From IMG/VR virus record IMGVR_UViG_3300018891_000001, positions 1 through 64,000 of that record: a DNA stretch of 64,000 nt; one strand, 5' to 3'. Each line of letters opens with the position of its first letter. The stretch's first letter is position 1. Below are positions 1 through 9,578 of the stretch, piece after piece. The position numbers and the translations under genes were made by a program. The notes below the pieces were generated by a model. The model saw only the letters and a list, made by a program, of their open reading frames with translations. It ran no database searches and was not told where the DNA came from.

Positions 1-167
1 TCTTGTAAATCATAATCATCTAACTTATTATATCTTCTTCGCTGTTCCTTTTCTAAAACCCCCTTCAATTGCGGAATTAAAACATTAAGCACATTAAATA
101 CTGTTTCGTTCGATTCATCATCTGTAAAGTGTTTTCTAATTTCAATCTTGTTTCTCCATATCGCCAT
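1..167 (-). CDS. Hypothetical protein, partial (runs off left edge)
   Basis: ATG at 167 with upstream GAAGGAGA; frame MAIWRNKIEIRKHF... stays open to position 1; not in ORF track. Confidence 0.6.
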   Translation of the reverse strand, partial: MAIWRNKIEIRKHFTDDESNETVFNVLNVLIPQLKGVLEKEQRRRYNKLDDYDLQ

Positions 168-243
168 AAAATACCATCTCCTTCATTGTCATAAAATGGA
201 TATTTCATTCTGTGTCGATTGCGTAATATCGTCGAAATGCGAA

Positions 244-432
244 TTAGTTATTTTTCAAATGCACATACTCAATAGTTGAGTCGGCATCTTTACCTTTTAA
301 TTGCTGTACGTTTCCGTTTGTTTCTTCCAGACGGTCAATCAATGATTTTAAATGGGATTTAATTAAATCTGCCTTTTCATCAAACTCCAGATCCTCATTT
401 TTGATTTTAATTTTTATTGTGATTACGTCCAT
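244..432 (-). CDS. Hypothetical protein, 62 aa
   Basis: ORF track; RBS AAGGAGG upstream of ATG. Confidence 0.75.
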   Translation of the reverse strand: MDVITIKIKIKNEDLEFDEKADLIKSHLKSLIDRLEETNGNVQQLKGKDADSTIEYVHLKNN

Positions 433-492
433 TTTTCACAACCTCCTTATTACGCTTTTTGTGTCTACTACGCATTATCGTCGGAATGTGTA

Positions 493-675
493 TTAACCTT
501 GATGCCAAGTAAGTACAATGCCTTTTTCTCTTTTTTCTTCGCATTCGATAACGTCTTGTTCTTTTACAGAATCGCCATCTACAATCAAATTTATCGCTTC
601 TGCCATTGTGTTAGCCAACACAACCGACTTTGCTAAATCGCCACAATGAAAATATTTTATTTTCCAAACTCTCAT
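493..675 (-). CDS. Hypothetical small phage protein
   Basis: ORF track 493..696; start moved to ATG 675, which has a GAAGGGGG RBS. Confidence 0.7.
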   Translation of the reverse strand: MRVWKIKYFHCGDLAKSVVLANTMAEAINLIVDGDSVKEQDVIECEEKREKGIVLTWHQG

Positions 676-716
676 TTCAAATCCCCCTTCTTTCACATTT
701 TGTGTCTGATGCTCAT

Positions 717-923
717 TTAATCTTCAAGTAGCAATTCCTCAAAAATTTCAAAAGCCATTTGACCTTCATCATTTTCTGTTTCTCCCAACGGTTCACCATC
801 CAATAATGCATAAAAACCTGCTGGAACAAGGGTTAGACAATCTTTGTGATAATATTCGTCATTAACTATTACTACATCATCATTCCAAACAAATTCATCA
901 TTACATGCGTTACATTTAGGCAT
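717..923 (-). CDS. Small Zn-finger-like protein
   Basis: CxxC (CNAC) ... HxxC (HKDC); ATG 923 preceded by GGAGG. Confidence 0.7.
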   Translation of the reverse strand: MPKCNACNDEFVWNDDVVIVNDEYYHKDCLTLVPAGFYALLDGEPLGETENDEGQMAFEIFEELLLED

Positions 924-1284
924 CCTTAATTTCCTCCATTTCCTTTTTTGTCCACAGATAACCTTGTTCAAAGAACAGATATGCCTGTTGTTTAAACGTT
1001 TCTAAATCATGAATCTTGTAACAAGCTTTAAATGCTGAATCTATTTTCCTGCCTGTACAGCGTATGTCAACCAAATAACAATGAGTGCGCTAATCGTATT
1101 GTGGGACTCGTTTCATCAATTCTAATTCTGAATACAACTTTCCTTTCTGAAAATATAAATCTCGGATTTCAATATCTGCTTCATCTTTATTGCGCTGAAG
1201 CAGTTCAATCCGTTGATCAATTTCTTGCAGTTTCTTTTCAAGATATTCAACTTGACTCAGTGCTGCTTTTTTTAATGGTTTCAT
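916..1284 (-). pseudogene. Hypothetical gene apparently split by an in-frame TAG at 1090-1092
   Basis: ATG 1284 with GAGGGAG RBS; the same frame continues 57 more codons after the TAG (RTHCYLVDIRC...EEIKDA*) with no RBS of its own. Confidence 0.45.
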
Positions 1285-1297
1285 AAACTCCCTCTTT

Positions 1298-1606
1298 CTA
1301 CTCCTGAACGTAAATCTTCTCCAATTCCAAATGAATAATAAGTAAATCATCTTCTGGATCCATGCCCTCTCCTTTAACCCATATTTCAAGAGCATAGGAT
1401 TTTAGAGTTAAGTCATTATGCTCATTCTCTATTTCCATTATCGGCTCATCCAAATAAACACAATCCTCTTCTTCCGCTAAATCGTGATCTCTATGATACT
1501 GAAGTCGTTTCTCTAAATGTTGAAACGCTTGTTTTTCATCTAGAAAAAACTTCTCGTAATAAGTGCCTCCTAATGGATAAATTTCTTGAACACGATAAAT
1601 CATCAT
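1298..1606 (-). CDS. Hypothetical acidic protein
   Basis: ORF track; coupled to upstream gene; AAGGAG RBS. Confidence 0.7.
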   Translation of the reverse strand: MMIYRVQEIYPLGGTYYEKFFLDEKQAFQHLEKRLQYHRDHDLAEEEDCVYLDEPIMEIENEHNDLTLKSYALEIWVKGEGMDPEDDLLIIHLELEKIYVQE

Positions 1607-1920
1607 AATACTGATACTCCTTTTTTCTTTTTAGGAAACCATGCTCGAATAAACATCAATAAACTAGTAAACCATCCTGCTATTGTGATATTGTCTAATT
1701 TTTGTTCCAATTTCGTAGCCGGCTCCAGGTTCCATCCAAAATAAGCGGTGTAACTCATATTAAAAATATTGAAAAACCAAAACGTAATAAGAAAATAACG
1801 AAAATGAAACAAATCCAATCGAGATTTATTCCAGTGATAAATCACATAACACCAAAAAGCATGGATCGCAAAAGATTTCACATAGATTAGAATACATTCC
1901 ATGATTGAGCTGCTAATCAT
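1603..1920 (-). CDS. Small membrane protein
   Basis: ATG 1920 after GGGAGGG; three hydrophobic segments and a basic C-terminal tail. Confidence 0.7.
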   Translation of the reverse strand: MISSSIMECILIYVKSFAIHAFWCYVIYHWNKSRLDLFHFRYFLITFWFFNIFNMSYTAYFGWNLEPATKLEQKLDNITIAGWFTSLLMFIRAWFPKKKKGVSVL

Positions 1921-2102
1921 AACTGCCCTCCCATGTCTTCTACATACCAACGCAAAAAGCCTTGGGGGGTTTCTCCGTATTTTGCACCGGTATTCAAATA
2001 TGTCACCATATATGAAGTGATTTCCTCTATTTTTTCCTCTGACCATCCACTTTTCTGTACGGCTTCTTCCATCAATTTCGCAATGATTCCCTCTTTACTC
2101 AT
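1917..2102 (-). CDS. Hypothetical protein, 61 aa
   Basis: ORF track; AAGGAGG RBS. Confidence 0.7.
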   Translation of the reverse strand: MSKEGIIAKLMEEAVQKSGWSEEKIEEITSYMVTYLNTGAKYGETPQGFLRWYVEDMGGQL

Positions 2103-2114
2103 GATGATCCTCCT

Positions 2115-2522
2115 TTAAAATAAGGTATATAGTTTTGCGGAATGATTGGCTCGAATAAAGCAAAATTTCCCCTGAAAGAATACTTCCTCAGCTTCTGTGA
2201 TCACTTGATCACCATGAATAAAATAAGAAGTCACGTAAGGATTGTAATACACAATATCCTGTAAATCCGGTGGCTGTGGTTCATTAAAACCTGCTAATAT
2301 CCCACTCACCCATGCATGAACTCGTCTTCGTTTTTCCTGAATGGTTTTCTCCCGACCAGATTGTGAGACTTTAAATACACCATGTTGCAATCGAACAGTT
2401 TCAAAATGGGCTAACACTCGTTTGGTCTTATTGCAACGAACAGAATAATTGCCTGTATTAAGATTCCGGTACACATCTACAGGAATACCTAATTGTACTT
2501 CTCGCCCCTTATACCCTTTCAT
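2115..2522 (-). CDS. Conserved-type phage hypothetical protein
   Basis: ORF track; GAGG RBS; VYRNLN..YSVR and VHAWVSG motifs recalled from phage proteins. Confidence 0.75.
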   Translation of the reverse strand: MKGYKGREVQLGIPVDVYRNLNTGNYSVRCNKTKRVLAHFETVRLQHGVFKVSQSGREKTIQEKRRRVHAWVSGILAGFNEPQPPDLQDIVYYNPYVTSYFIHGDQVITEAEEVFFQGKFCFIRANHSAKLYTLF

Positions 2523-2531
2523 AAAAGCCTC

Positions 2532-2939
2532 CTATGGATCCATTGATTCATCCACTTGAATATATTCTTCCAACTCACGCAATTTGATTTCCCGACGAAG
2601 AAGCATATACAAACGCAATTCCTCCCAGAGAATCGAATATGTCAACATTCGACCATTCTTCTTTTTCTTCTTCAATAAAGGAGACTTCCCGTATAAAATC
2701 CATTCATCTGCTTGGCAGTCTTTATACATGTTCAAGTATTCAGGATATCTTCGATGAATCATACGAACAGTATAAATCAAATGGCGGTTGGTCATTTCCC
2801 ATGGATACACACATTCCCCCTGTTGAGTAATCCAAAAATCATTTTTGTAACGATTTTCAGGAAATAAGTATTGGGGGAATGGTAACGGATCCCGTTTACC
2901 TATATATCGATGAAACAAGTAATCCGTTACCAATTCCAT
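2532..2939 (-). CDS. Hypothetical protein, 135 aa
   Basis: ORF track; AAAGGTGG RBS. Confidence 0.75.
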   Translation of the reverse strand: MELVTDYLFHRYIGKRDPLPFPQYLFPENRYKNDFWITQQGECVYPWEMTNRHLIYTVRMIHRRYPEYLNMYKDCQADEWILYGKSPLLKKKKKNGRMLTYSILWEELRLYMLLRREIKLRELEEYIQVDESMDP

Positions 2940-2941
2940 AA

Positions 2942-4027
2942 CTACACCACCTTTGTACTAAAAATCATTTCAAGAATCTGTTCCATTTGAGAATCAGAAA
3001 GCTGACTTCCAGCTGTTGCTTTTCGGCCACCGCCACCAAAATACTGAGCAAAACGAGACACATCTATATCATCTCGCTCTGTACGATAACTAATCTTTTG
3101 AGAATTCAAATTGATAACAGCTATTAAATCTAAGTCTGGATGCTTCTTATGAATTTCATGAGCAACCTCATTGATATGTTGTTCCGCAAAAACAACACCT
3201 ACTTTGTAGCGTCCTACTGGTTTAATCTTCAATTTTTTCTCACACGCTCGAACATATCGATCAATTTCTTCTTGTTTTAAATCTAACAACAGACGAGCCG
3301 TGTCATTAAATTGATAATGGTGATATGTTTCCATTTGTTGCAATACATTATCAATAAACCGCTCACGGCCTAAGATCCAAAACAAATCGTTAAGTTCTTT
3401 AGCTTCTCTGTCGTTATAAATATGAGCCCAGTCCCATGTATCATAACGGCGAACTTTTTCGATAAAGCCATTTTTCCATTTAACAAGGTCATCAAAATTC
3501 ATCATCCCTTGCTCTGCTAACCAAATTAACAACATACTAGCTCCTGATGTATTTTCTCCTGTTTCGTGTTGGAAATATACTTGTGCCCAGTCATATTGAT
3601 TAAGCCATTTAGCGGTTTCATGGTGATCTAGTAAACACACTCTCCCTTTTTTTGCATATGGATGTGAATCAATCAGTGTTGCTAGGCCTTCCTGCACAGA
3701 AATATCTGTAATCAACACCTTTTCATACTCGCCTTCTTTTACTCCAGAAAAGAAAGTATGAATCTTCTCATTGACATCATGATAATCACAATATGTAACA
3801 TCAACATTTTCTCTTCCAAAAGCAGCATATGCTAAAATCGCACAAGAAACGCCATCAAGATCTGTATGAGTAAATAGTTTCACTTTCGTGAAATGCGTTT
3901 CTCCAACATTCATTTGTATTGCATTACAACATTCGGCTGACTCTAAATTATCGGATTTATATTCCTTCTTTTCATCATTAATACCGTAAATAAACTTTTC
4001 TTTCATCTTACACTCCTCCGTCAACAA
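2942..4027 (-). CDS. DHH/DHHA1 family phosphoesterase (oligoribonuclease NrnB-like)
   Basis: THTDLDG, LITD and LLDHH motifs; C-terminal FGGGGRKATAG (DHHA1 GGGH motif with H>R); true start may be downstream of 4027. Confidence 0.85.
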   Translation of the reverse strand: MLTEECKMKEKFIYGINDEKKEYKSDNLESAECCNAIQMNVGETHFTKVKLFTHTDLDGVSCAILAYAAFGRENVDVTYCDYHDVNEKIHTFFSGVKEGEYEKVLITDISVQEGLATLIDSHPYAKKGRVCLLDHHETAKWLNQYDWAQVYFQHETGENTSGASMLLIWLAEQGMMNFDDLVKWKNGFIEKVRRYDTWDWAHIYNDREAKELNDLFWILGRERFIDNVLQQMETYHHYQFNDTARLLLDLKQEEIDRYVRACEKKLKIKPVGRYKVGVVFAEQHINEVAHEIHKKHPDLDLIAVINLNSQKISYRTERDDIDVSRFAQYFGGGGRKATAGSQLSDSQMEQILEMIFSTKVV

Positions 4028-4080
4028 TAATAACTATTGAGTATTATATATCATTTTGTAATACATTTCATCAATATTCT

Positions 4081-4251
4081 TTAATATCCTTCATATTCCT
4101 CTAGAATCCTTGATAATTCTTCTACTTCTCCTTTATAGCGGTCCACTTGTTTTTCTAAATCCTCGATTACCTGTAAAGTTTTTTGAGCCATTTCAGATTG
4201 GGGGGATTGCTCCTCTAAAAATGTTTTAACCTGTTGGATAAGATGTTCCAT
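4081..4251 (-). CDS. Small coiled-coil protein, 56 aa
   Basis: AAGGAG RBS, ATG 4251, TAA 4081; below the ORF-track cutoff. Confidence 0.65.
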   Translation of the reverse strand: MEHLIQQVKTFLEEQSPQSEMAQKTLQVIEDLEKQVDRYKGEVEELSRILEEYEGY

Positions 4252-4256
4252 CTTTA

Positions 4257-4502
4257 TCACTCCTTAATCAGAATAGCACCTGTAATATCCATTTCATGCA
4301 AACGACTTTTGTAATGCAATTTTCCTTCTTTTTCAACGATATATGATTCATAAGTTGTCATCACCGCTCCGCTAGGAAGTTGAATGGTAATACGATTTCC
4401 TAAATGTTCTGACTTATCAAAGGATAATTTTGGATAGGTCCATTGATAAGCCACATAACATAATACACACAGAAAAAAGAAAATAGTTCCCTTTTTCTTC
4501 AT
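4257..4502 (-). CDS. Small membrane-anchored protein
   Basis: N-terminal KKK plus hydrophobic helix; AAAGGAG RBS. Confidence 0.75.
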   Translation of the reverse strand: MKKKGTIFFFLCVLCYVAYQWTYPKLSFDKSEHLGNRITIQLPSGAVMTTYESYIVEKEGKLHYKSRLHEMDITGAILIKE

Positions 4503-4517
4503 AGAAGTCTCCTTTCT

Positions 4518-4931
4518 TTACAAAGTCACCAAACACCCCGGAGGGGGGATTAATAACTTAATCCTAATAATTTTTTCATTTGTTGCTGCAATTCTAATTT
4601 CCCTTCTAGATAAGCCCTTTTTTTTCATTTCTTTAATCAAGAGTAATAAATGACGAGGGGGCATATGTTGTATCGCTAAAATATCTATATATTCAATAAT
4701 CGCATGAGCATCCATATTCAAATCAGATAAATATGATTGTAATGTTTGTCCTTCTTCTGAATTCTTCATAATTTTATACGAGTACTTAAAAGTATATGTA
4801 TGCACCCAAAATAACTCATGATTGTGAGAAATATGTTCCTGAATAATCGGTTCCTCCCGAAGATCGTACTTAGTAGCAACAATACAACTTGGTCGCTTTT
4901 CAACATATTATCCAATAATTAAATCTCTCAT
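4518..4931 (-). pseudogene. Hypothetical gene with premature TAA at codon 8 (4908-4910)
   Basis: RBS GAAAGGTGG plus ATG 4931 is in frame with ORF 4518..4805; a single stop interrupts it. Confidence 0.45.
4527..4547 (-). promoter_or_regulatory. Hairpin motif copy 1 (putative phage-RNAP promoter)
   Basis: + strand CACC AAAC ACCCC GGA GGGGG; upstream of ATG 4502. Confidence 0.55.
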
Positions 4932-4992
4932 ATATACATCCACCTTTCAAAAAAATATGTTATACATCTAGATAGAATGAAGCCGCAGGCTA

Positions 4993-6861
4993 TTATCCTG
5001 CGGCAATGGTTTTTTCCTTTTCTGATCTTTTTCGAAGCAATCTTTCAAATGCTAAAGTATTGACATCTTTTCCTCTATAAGAAGACTCAATGCCACCCGT
5101 TAAAATTTCTTTTGCCATTTCTGATTTCTTAAACAGTAACTGAATCATGTGTTCATCATATGATTCACTCATGATATAGTAGTAAACCGTAATATTGGCA
5201 TGTGGGTTTCCTGTTCGGTCAATTCGACCATTTCGCTGTTCAAGCTCAGTAGCGGTATATGGCAAATCAAAGTGGATCATATAATTAGCCACTTGCAGAT
5301 TTAACCCTGTAGAACCTGCTCGAGTAGAAATAAAAATTTTAGTGTACGGATCTTCTCGGAATTTTTGAACAGCATACTCTTTCTCTCGATCTGACATTTG
5401 ACCTGTATAGAGAACAGAATGAGTCAGCCGTTCATAAATCATGCGAGCCATACGTTCATATTCAGTAAAAATAACAATTTTAGAAGATGGCTCATCGTGA
5501 AAAACTTGTTTGACAAACTCCTGCAATTGATCCAACTTAGGCGACTTCCGAATATCTTTTTCGGATAATCCTAACTCTTGAATGATTGACTTAGACATTG
5601 GTGATGCTTCTGGATGCACTAAAAGTTCTGGGGAATCACTGTTTTCAATTAAGAAAGTTTGCAAACCCTGAATAATACCATCGTAATATTCTTTTACTTG
5701 TTCTGGACTCATAAGCTGTCCATTAATCACTTTTGATCCCGTAACATTACGGGTTTCTTCTTTCAATTCTTCCATCTTTCTCAAGATATATTCCTGAATT
5801 TTCTCTTGAGCATCCGTCATCTCTAAGAATACGTGAGAATGCTGTACTTTTGGTAATTGCTGCTGAATTTCCGGCATTTCTTTGGTTCTGCGAATAAAAT
5901 GAGGTGCAATTCGATAATACAATTCCCCTAAATTAAAAGAGCCCGTAATACCATATCTTTTACTGTATTTGCAGTATCGTTCTCTAAAAAATTCCCACGG
6001 CCCCAGTATATGAGGATCTACAAAATGAAATAAGCTCCAAACTTCTTCTGCTTTCGATTGAACGGGTGTTGCTGTAGCAATAAAGCGATACGGAATATGC
6101 ATCAAATTATAGCAAGCTTTGGCATTTTGAGAAGGTTCAATATTTAAATATGAATCTGTTACGCCCGATTTAATCTTTTGGGCTTCATCTAATGCAACAA
6201 TATCAAAAGAAATTTTCTTAATCTCATTCATGTACTGAGAATTTCTTAATGTTTCGTAATTAACAACTAGATAACGAATATCTTGACGAGAAGCAAATCC
6301 TTTAATCAGTTTCTTTCTTTTTGTGGTACTACCATAAACCGCAATAGCGGATTCTCCTGTAAATTTCTCGATTTCTCTTGCCCATTGTCTCTTGAGTGAA
6401 TTTAAAGTAACAATCAATGCACGCTTGGCTTTTCCTCGATTAAAAAGAATTTGACAAGCTCCAATAATCTGAACCGTTTTTCCTAATCCAACACCATCAA
6501 ATACCGCAGCACGACCACGATCCGCTAAAAAATGAGAACCTACTTTTTGGTAAGGATACGGTTTGAGCCTCCAATTCTTAAAATCATCATCATTTTCCCA
6601 TGAAAGGTGTTTCTTTACTAATTCGTCATCAACTGCACAACCCTTTAAAATTTCCTGCAAAGGTTGATTCCAGATAATTTGATTATCAAATAATCGAAGA
6701 AGATCTCCAATGGATTCTTTCCCAAACATCCACTCTCCCGTGAGACGATTAAATGAACGACCAGCAATATTTCTAATTTTCTCTAATGTATATTCAAATG
6801 TCTCATGTGTATCTAAAATCCGAACATATAAATTTCCATACTGCTCTCGAACCTGAATCAA
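4993..6861 (-). CDS. SNF2-family (SF2) helicase/ATPase
   Basis: Walker A DGVGLGKT, Walker B LDEAQ, motif III TATP, and STRAGSTGLNLQ / EQRNGRIDRTG motifs V-VI. Confidence 0.92.
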   Translation of the reverse strand: MIQVREQYGNLYVRILDTHETFEYTLEKIRNIAGRSFNRLTGEWMFGKESIGDLLRLFDNQIIWNQPLQEILKGCAVDDELVKKHLSWENDDDFKNWRLKPYPYQKVGSHFLADRGRAAVFDGVGLGKTVQIIGACQILFNRGKAKRALIVTLNSLKRQWAREIEKFTGESAIAVYGSTTKRKKLIKGFASRQDIRYLVVNYETLRNSQYMNEIKKISFDIVALDEAQKIKSGVTDSYLNIEPSQNAKACYNLMHIPYRFIATATPVQSKAEEVWSLFHFVDPHILGPWEFFRERYCKYSKRYGITGSFNLGELYYRIAPHFIRRTKEMPEIQQQLPKVQHSHVFLEMTDAQEKIQEYILRKMEELKEETRNVTGSKVINGQLMSPEQVKEYYDGIIQGLQTFLIENSDSPELLVHPEASPMSKSIIQELGLSEKDIRKSPKLDQLQEFVKQVFHDEPSSKIVIFTEYERMARMIYERLTHSVLYTGQMSDREKEYAVQKFREDPYTKIFISTRAGSTGLNLQVANYMIHFDLPYTATELEQRNGRIDRTGNPHANITVYYYIMSESYDEHMIQLLFKKSEMAKEILTGGIESSYRGKDVNTLAFERLLRKRSEKEKTIAAG

Positions 6862-6994
6862 TTCATCTCACTCCTTTCTTTTCAAGTATGGAAAAACGAT
6901 AATTTAATTATACTACATTTTTTTGTATTTTCTCAATAAATGCTATGTTTTTCTTCTGTTTTCTTTTAAATTTTAAATATTTTTTAGAAGAAAT

Positions 6995-7172
6995 TTCGTT
7001 GGGGGGGATATAAAAAAATGGATTTTTTTCTTATTTTCTTGGGGGGAGAAATATAAAAAATAGATTTTCTCCTATTTGTCGTGGGGGCATAAAAATAAAA
7101 AATGCATTTTTCTTTATTTAGTATGAAAAACAAAAAATATGAACAATCGTAGGGGGAATTAGTTTAAAAAAA
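6995..7172. repeat. Three full ~41-bp imperfect direct repeats plus one partial copy (TCGTnGGGGG...ATAAAAAAT.GATTTT)
   Basis: Units start near 6995, 7036, 7077 and 7145 in an AT-rich intergenic region. Confidence 0.6.
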
Positions 7173-7174
7173 GA

Positions 7175-7200
7175 AAGACTACTCCCGAAGGAGTAGTCTT
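7175..7200 (-). terminator. Rho-independent terminator
   Basis: 11-bp stem AAGACTACTCC/GGAGTAGTCTT, UUCG loop on the minus strand, followed by a U-run. Confidence 0.85.
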
Positions 7201-7208
7201 GAAATGTA

Positions 7209-8198
7209 TTAACTCATTGGCCATGGAAGTTCATCTGCTGAAATTTCTCCTGTATGAAAAGGAGGTTGTGTAGCTACCGGTGTTTGATCCGGCGTTTGAA
7301 CCGGTGTAGGAGTTGCTGCCGCCGGAACAGGATTTGGAGTTCCCACATTTGGAAGTGTAAATGCAGGAACGAAGTTTCCTGTTTGCACTGGTGATGCTGA
7401 CACCGCAGGTAATCCTTGAGCTAAAGCCATTTCAAATGCTACATTCATTAAAGTCTGTTCATAAATATATGCTAATGCTTTGTATTCACTTGTAATGACT
7501 TGAATATATTCTGGAGCTGCAGCATTCGCATCAATAGCAAATGAACCATCTGGATAGATTTGATATTGATTGTTAACAACTGCAATCTTAGCACGCAACG
7601 TAGCTGGCTGATTTTGTTGTTGATATACACGATAAAAACGTGCTTTACGTGGTGCTAAATTTGCATTAAACTCCTGGAACATATCTGTGTTTCGGTCCCA
7701 ATATTTATCGGTACCCACAACATAATAGGAACCATCTCCTGTATTCGATGCCACAACTGTAAATGGAACACTCATCATGTGGAATGGAGATTGTTCATCT
7801 GTAATAGTGGCTACCACTGAAACAGAATTTTGTTGCGAAGTGACTGTTAAACGAACTTTTCCATTTGGCTCATAAATAGCACGTTTTCTGTTATCAGAAA
7901 GTGTTTCCACACCATGACCTTGCAAGAAATAATAATTTGCTGTCAAAATCAAATTATGCAATTCTGAAAAACGTGCAATATGAAGCTCTGAAAACGATTC
8001 AGCACCATCATAAAGACGAGTACCATTATCTTGAGCAACCGGATTATACTGCACAAACCATCCAGAAGTAAAAGATGAACTCATATCTGTAACGATAACT
8101 GGATATTTTGCTTTTCCGTTGCGAGTAACAGGATTTTTCACCTCTACTTTAATAGAAGATTGAATAACCTCTTTGATTTGATTTAACATACTTAACAT
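7209..8198 (-). CDS. Putative single-stranded DNA-binding protein
   Basis: Beta-rich body, Pro/Thr-rich linker and acidic-aromatic tail EISADELPW resembling SSB DDLPF tails; inference only. Confidence 0.45.
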   Translation of the reverse strand: MLSMLNQIKEVIQSSIKVEVKNPVTRNGKAKYPVIVTDMSSSFTSGWFVQYNPVAQDNGTRLYDGAESFSELHIARFSELHNLILTANYYFLQGHGVETLSDNRKRAIYEPNGKVRLTVTSQQNSVSVVATITDEQSPFHMMSVPFTVVASNTGDGSYYVVGTDKYWDRNTDMFQEFNANLAPRKARFYRVYQQQNQPATLRAKIAVVNNQYQIYPDGSFAIDANAAAPEYIQVITSEYKALAYIYEQTLMNVAFEMALAQGLPAVSASPVQTGNFVPAFTLPNVGTPNPVPAAATPTPVQTPDQTPVATQPPFHTGEISADELPWPMS

Positions 8199-8242
8199 TG
8201 TTCATTTCCCCTTTCTTAAATTTGAATATGAATAAAATGTTC

Positions 8243-8263
8243 CACCAAATTCGCCGGAGGCGA
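8243..8263 (-). promoter_or_regulatory. Hairpin motif copy 2
   Basis: CACC AAAT TCGCC GGA GGCGA; upstream of the SSB-like gene. Confidence 0.65.
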
Positions 8264-8728
8264 TTAGATATATCCTTTTTCTTTAAAAGAAAAGTAACAA
8301 TTATCTCCTATGATTAAATGATCAAGGAGTTCAATTCCCATTATCTGTCCACACTCAGCTAAACGCTTTGTTGCCTCGATATCCGTCTTCGAAGGATTAC
8401 AGTGACCACTAGGATGATTATGAGCACATATAAACGTATAAGCATTGACAAGCAACAAACGCTGAAAAACATCTCGTGGATTTACGATTGACGCATTCAT
8501 AGTACCTGTTGTAACTTCAAACACACCAACACAATCATTTGCTGTATTTAGTGCTACAACAATGAATTTCTCCTGTGGTGAAGATTCCAAATTAGAAAAT
8601 ACAGAACGAATAAAATTGTATGCTACTTCAGGACAAGATAACTTTTTATCCATAATCTCATACTTCTTACTGGACTCTTTCACCAACTGAACTTGATACT
8701 TTGTGACGATTTTCTTCATTCTCATCAC
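8264..8728 (-). CDS. radC: RadC-like JAB domain protein
   Basis: EKFIVVAL, HNHPSG..PS..D and LLDHLIIG motifs. Confidence 0.9.
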   Translation of the reverse strand: MMRMKKIVTKYQVQLVKESSKKYEIMDKKLSCPEVAYNFIRSVFSNLESSPQEKFIVVALNTANDCVGVFEVTTGTMNASIVNPRDVFQRLLLVNAYTFICAHNHPSGHCNPSKTDIEATKRLAECGQIMGIELLDHLIIGDNCYFSFKEKGYI

Positions 8729-8849
8729 CTCATTTAGAAAAATTTATAAAGAAAATCCCGCACTGCTAAAACAATAAACAGTAGCGGGATTAAATATAGC
8801 TGACCAGAAAGAACAAAGATGATAAACAAAAATACACAAATGCTATAAG

Positions 8850-9104
8850 TCATTTAGCAATCACTCTTTGTTTTAAAATCAGTCTTTCAACAATATGTAA
8901 TTCATCCTCTAGCATAACAACCTGCGACATCTTAAAAAGTGCAATATCAATATTTCCTTCTGTAATATCACATTCAATTTCCTTGTTTAATAACTCAATA
9001 GCATTTGTTAACATGATTTGACGAACTTCGATAGAAGAAGAAGATAAGGCCTCACGAAGTTCTTGTCTGGATGTTACGGATTTTATCTTTTGAATTAATG
9101 TCAT
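8850..9104 (-). CDS. Hypothetical protein, 84 aa
   Basis: ORF track; GAGGAGG RBS. Confidence 0.75.
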   Translation of the reverse strand: MTLIQKIKSVTSRQELREALSSSSIEVRQIMLTNAIELLNKEIECDITEGNIDIALFKMSQVVMLEDELHIVERLILKQRVIAK

Positions 9105-9132
9105 GTGCTAAATCCTCCTCTAATCATTATTT

Positions 9133-9153
9133 CACCAAACGCCCCGGAGGGGC
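9133..9153 (-). promoter_or_regulatory. Hairpin motif copy 3
   Basis: CACC AAAC GCCCC GGA GGGGC; upstream of ATG 9104. Confidence 0.65.
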
Positions 9154-9277
9154 TGCATACCAACACCGAAGGCGATGACCATAAAAAATATCTTTTCTAT
9201 TAATAAAAAATATTTTTTATGAAAATAAAAAATAAAAAAGACACCGAAGGTGTCTATATTGCTTCTCATCAAGCAAT

Positions 9278-9499
9278 TTAAAGCCTGCTTAGAGCACTAA
9301 AATTAGAACTCTTTTCATGAGTTGTTCCGGTTAACGATTGTAAACATGATTGAATATAAGTTGTGAGAACCTTTAAGTCTTTTGTTTTTACATTGGATAC
9401 TTCATATGAAATATCTTTTAAAGACACATTGATTTCTGGTGTATACTCATTTGAAGGAATACGTACTTCTACAGATCCTACATGAAATTTCATTTGCAT
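9278..9499 (-). CDS. Hypothetical protein
   Basis: ATG 9499 after AAGGGGG RBS. Confidence 0.7.
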   Translation of the reverse strand: MQMKFHVGSVEVRIPSNEYTPEINVSLKDISYEVSNVKTKDLKVLTTYIQSCLQSLTGTTHEKSSNFSALSRL

Positions 9500-9529
9500 T
9501 TTGATTTCCCCCTTAATGTAATTACTTTT

Positions 9530-9550
9530 CACCAAATCCGCCGGAGGCGG
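9530..9550 (-). promoter_or_regulatory. Hairpin motif copy 4
   Basis: CACC AAAT CCGCC GGA GGCGG; upstream of ATG 9499. Confidence 0.65.
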
Positions 9551-9578
9551 CTCCACTAACCAAAAGTTAGACGATCAT

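Noticed and set aside
1090-1092. TAG stop-codon reassignment
   Set aside because: Long genes are intact under the standard bacterial code, several end in TAG, the other interruption is a TAA, and no suppressor tRNA is seen
6995-7172. CRISPR array
   Set aside because: Repeats are degenerate and abut each other without unique spacers; no cas genes; the 9-bp and 8-bp repeats elsewhere are also too short
9161-9254. CC-GAA-GG hairpins at 9164-9174 and 9240-9252 as further promoter copies
   Set aside because: They lack the CACC-AAAY leader at the fixed spacing; the second is followed by a U-run on the minus strand and fits a terminator
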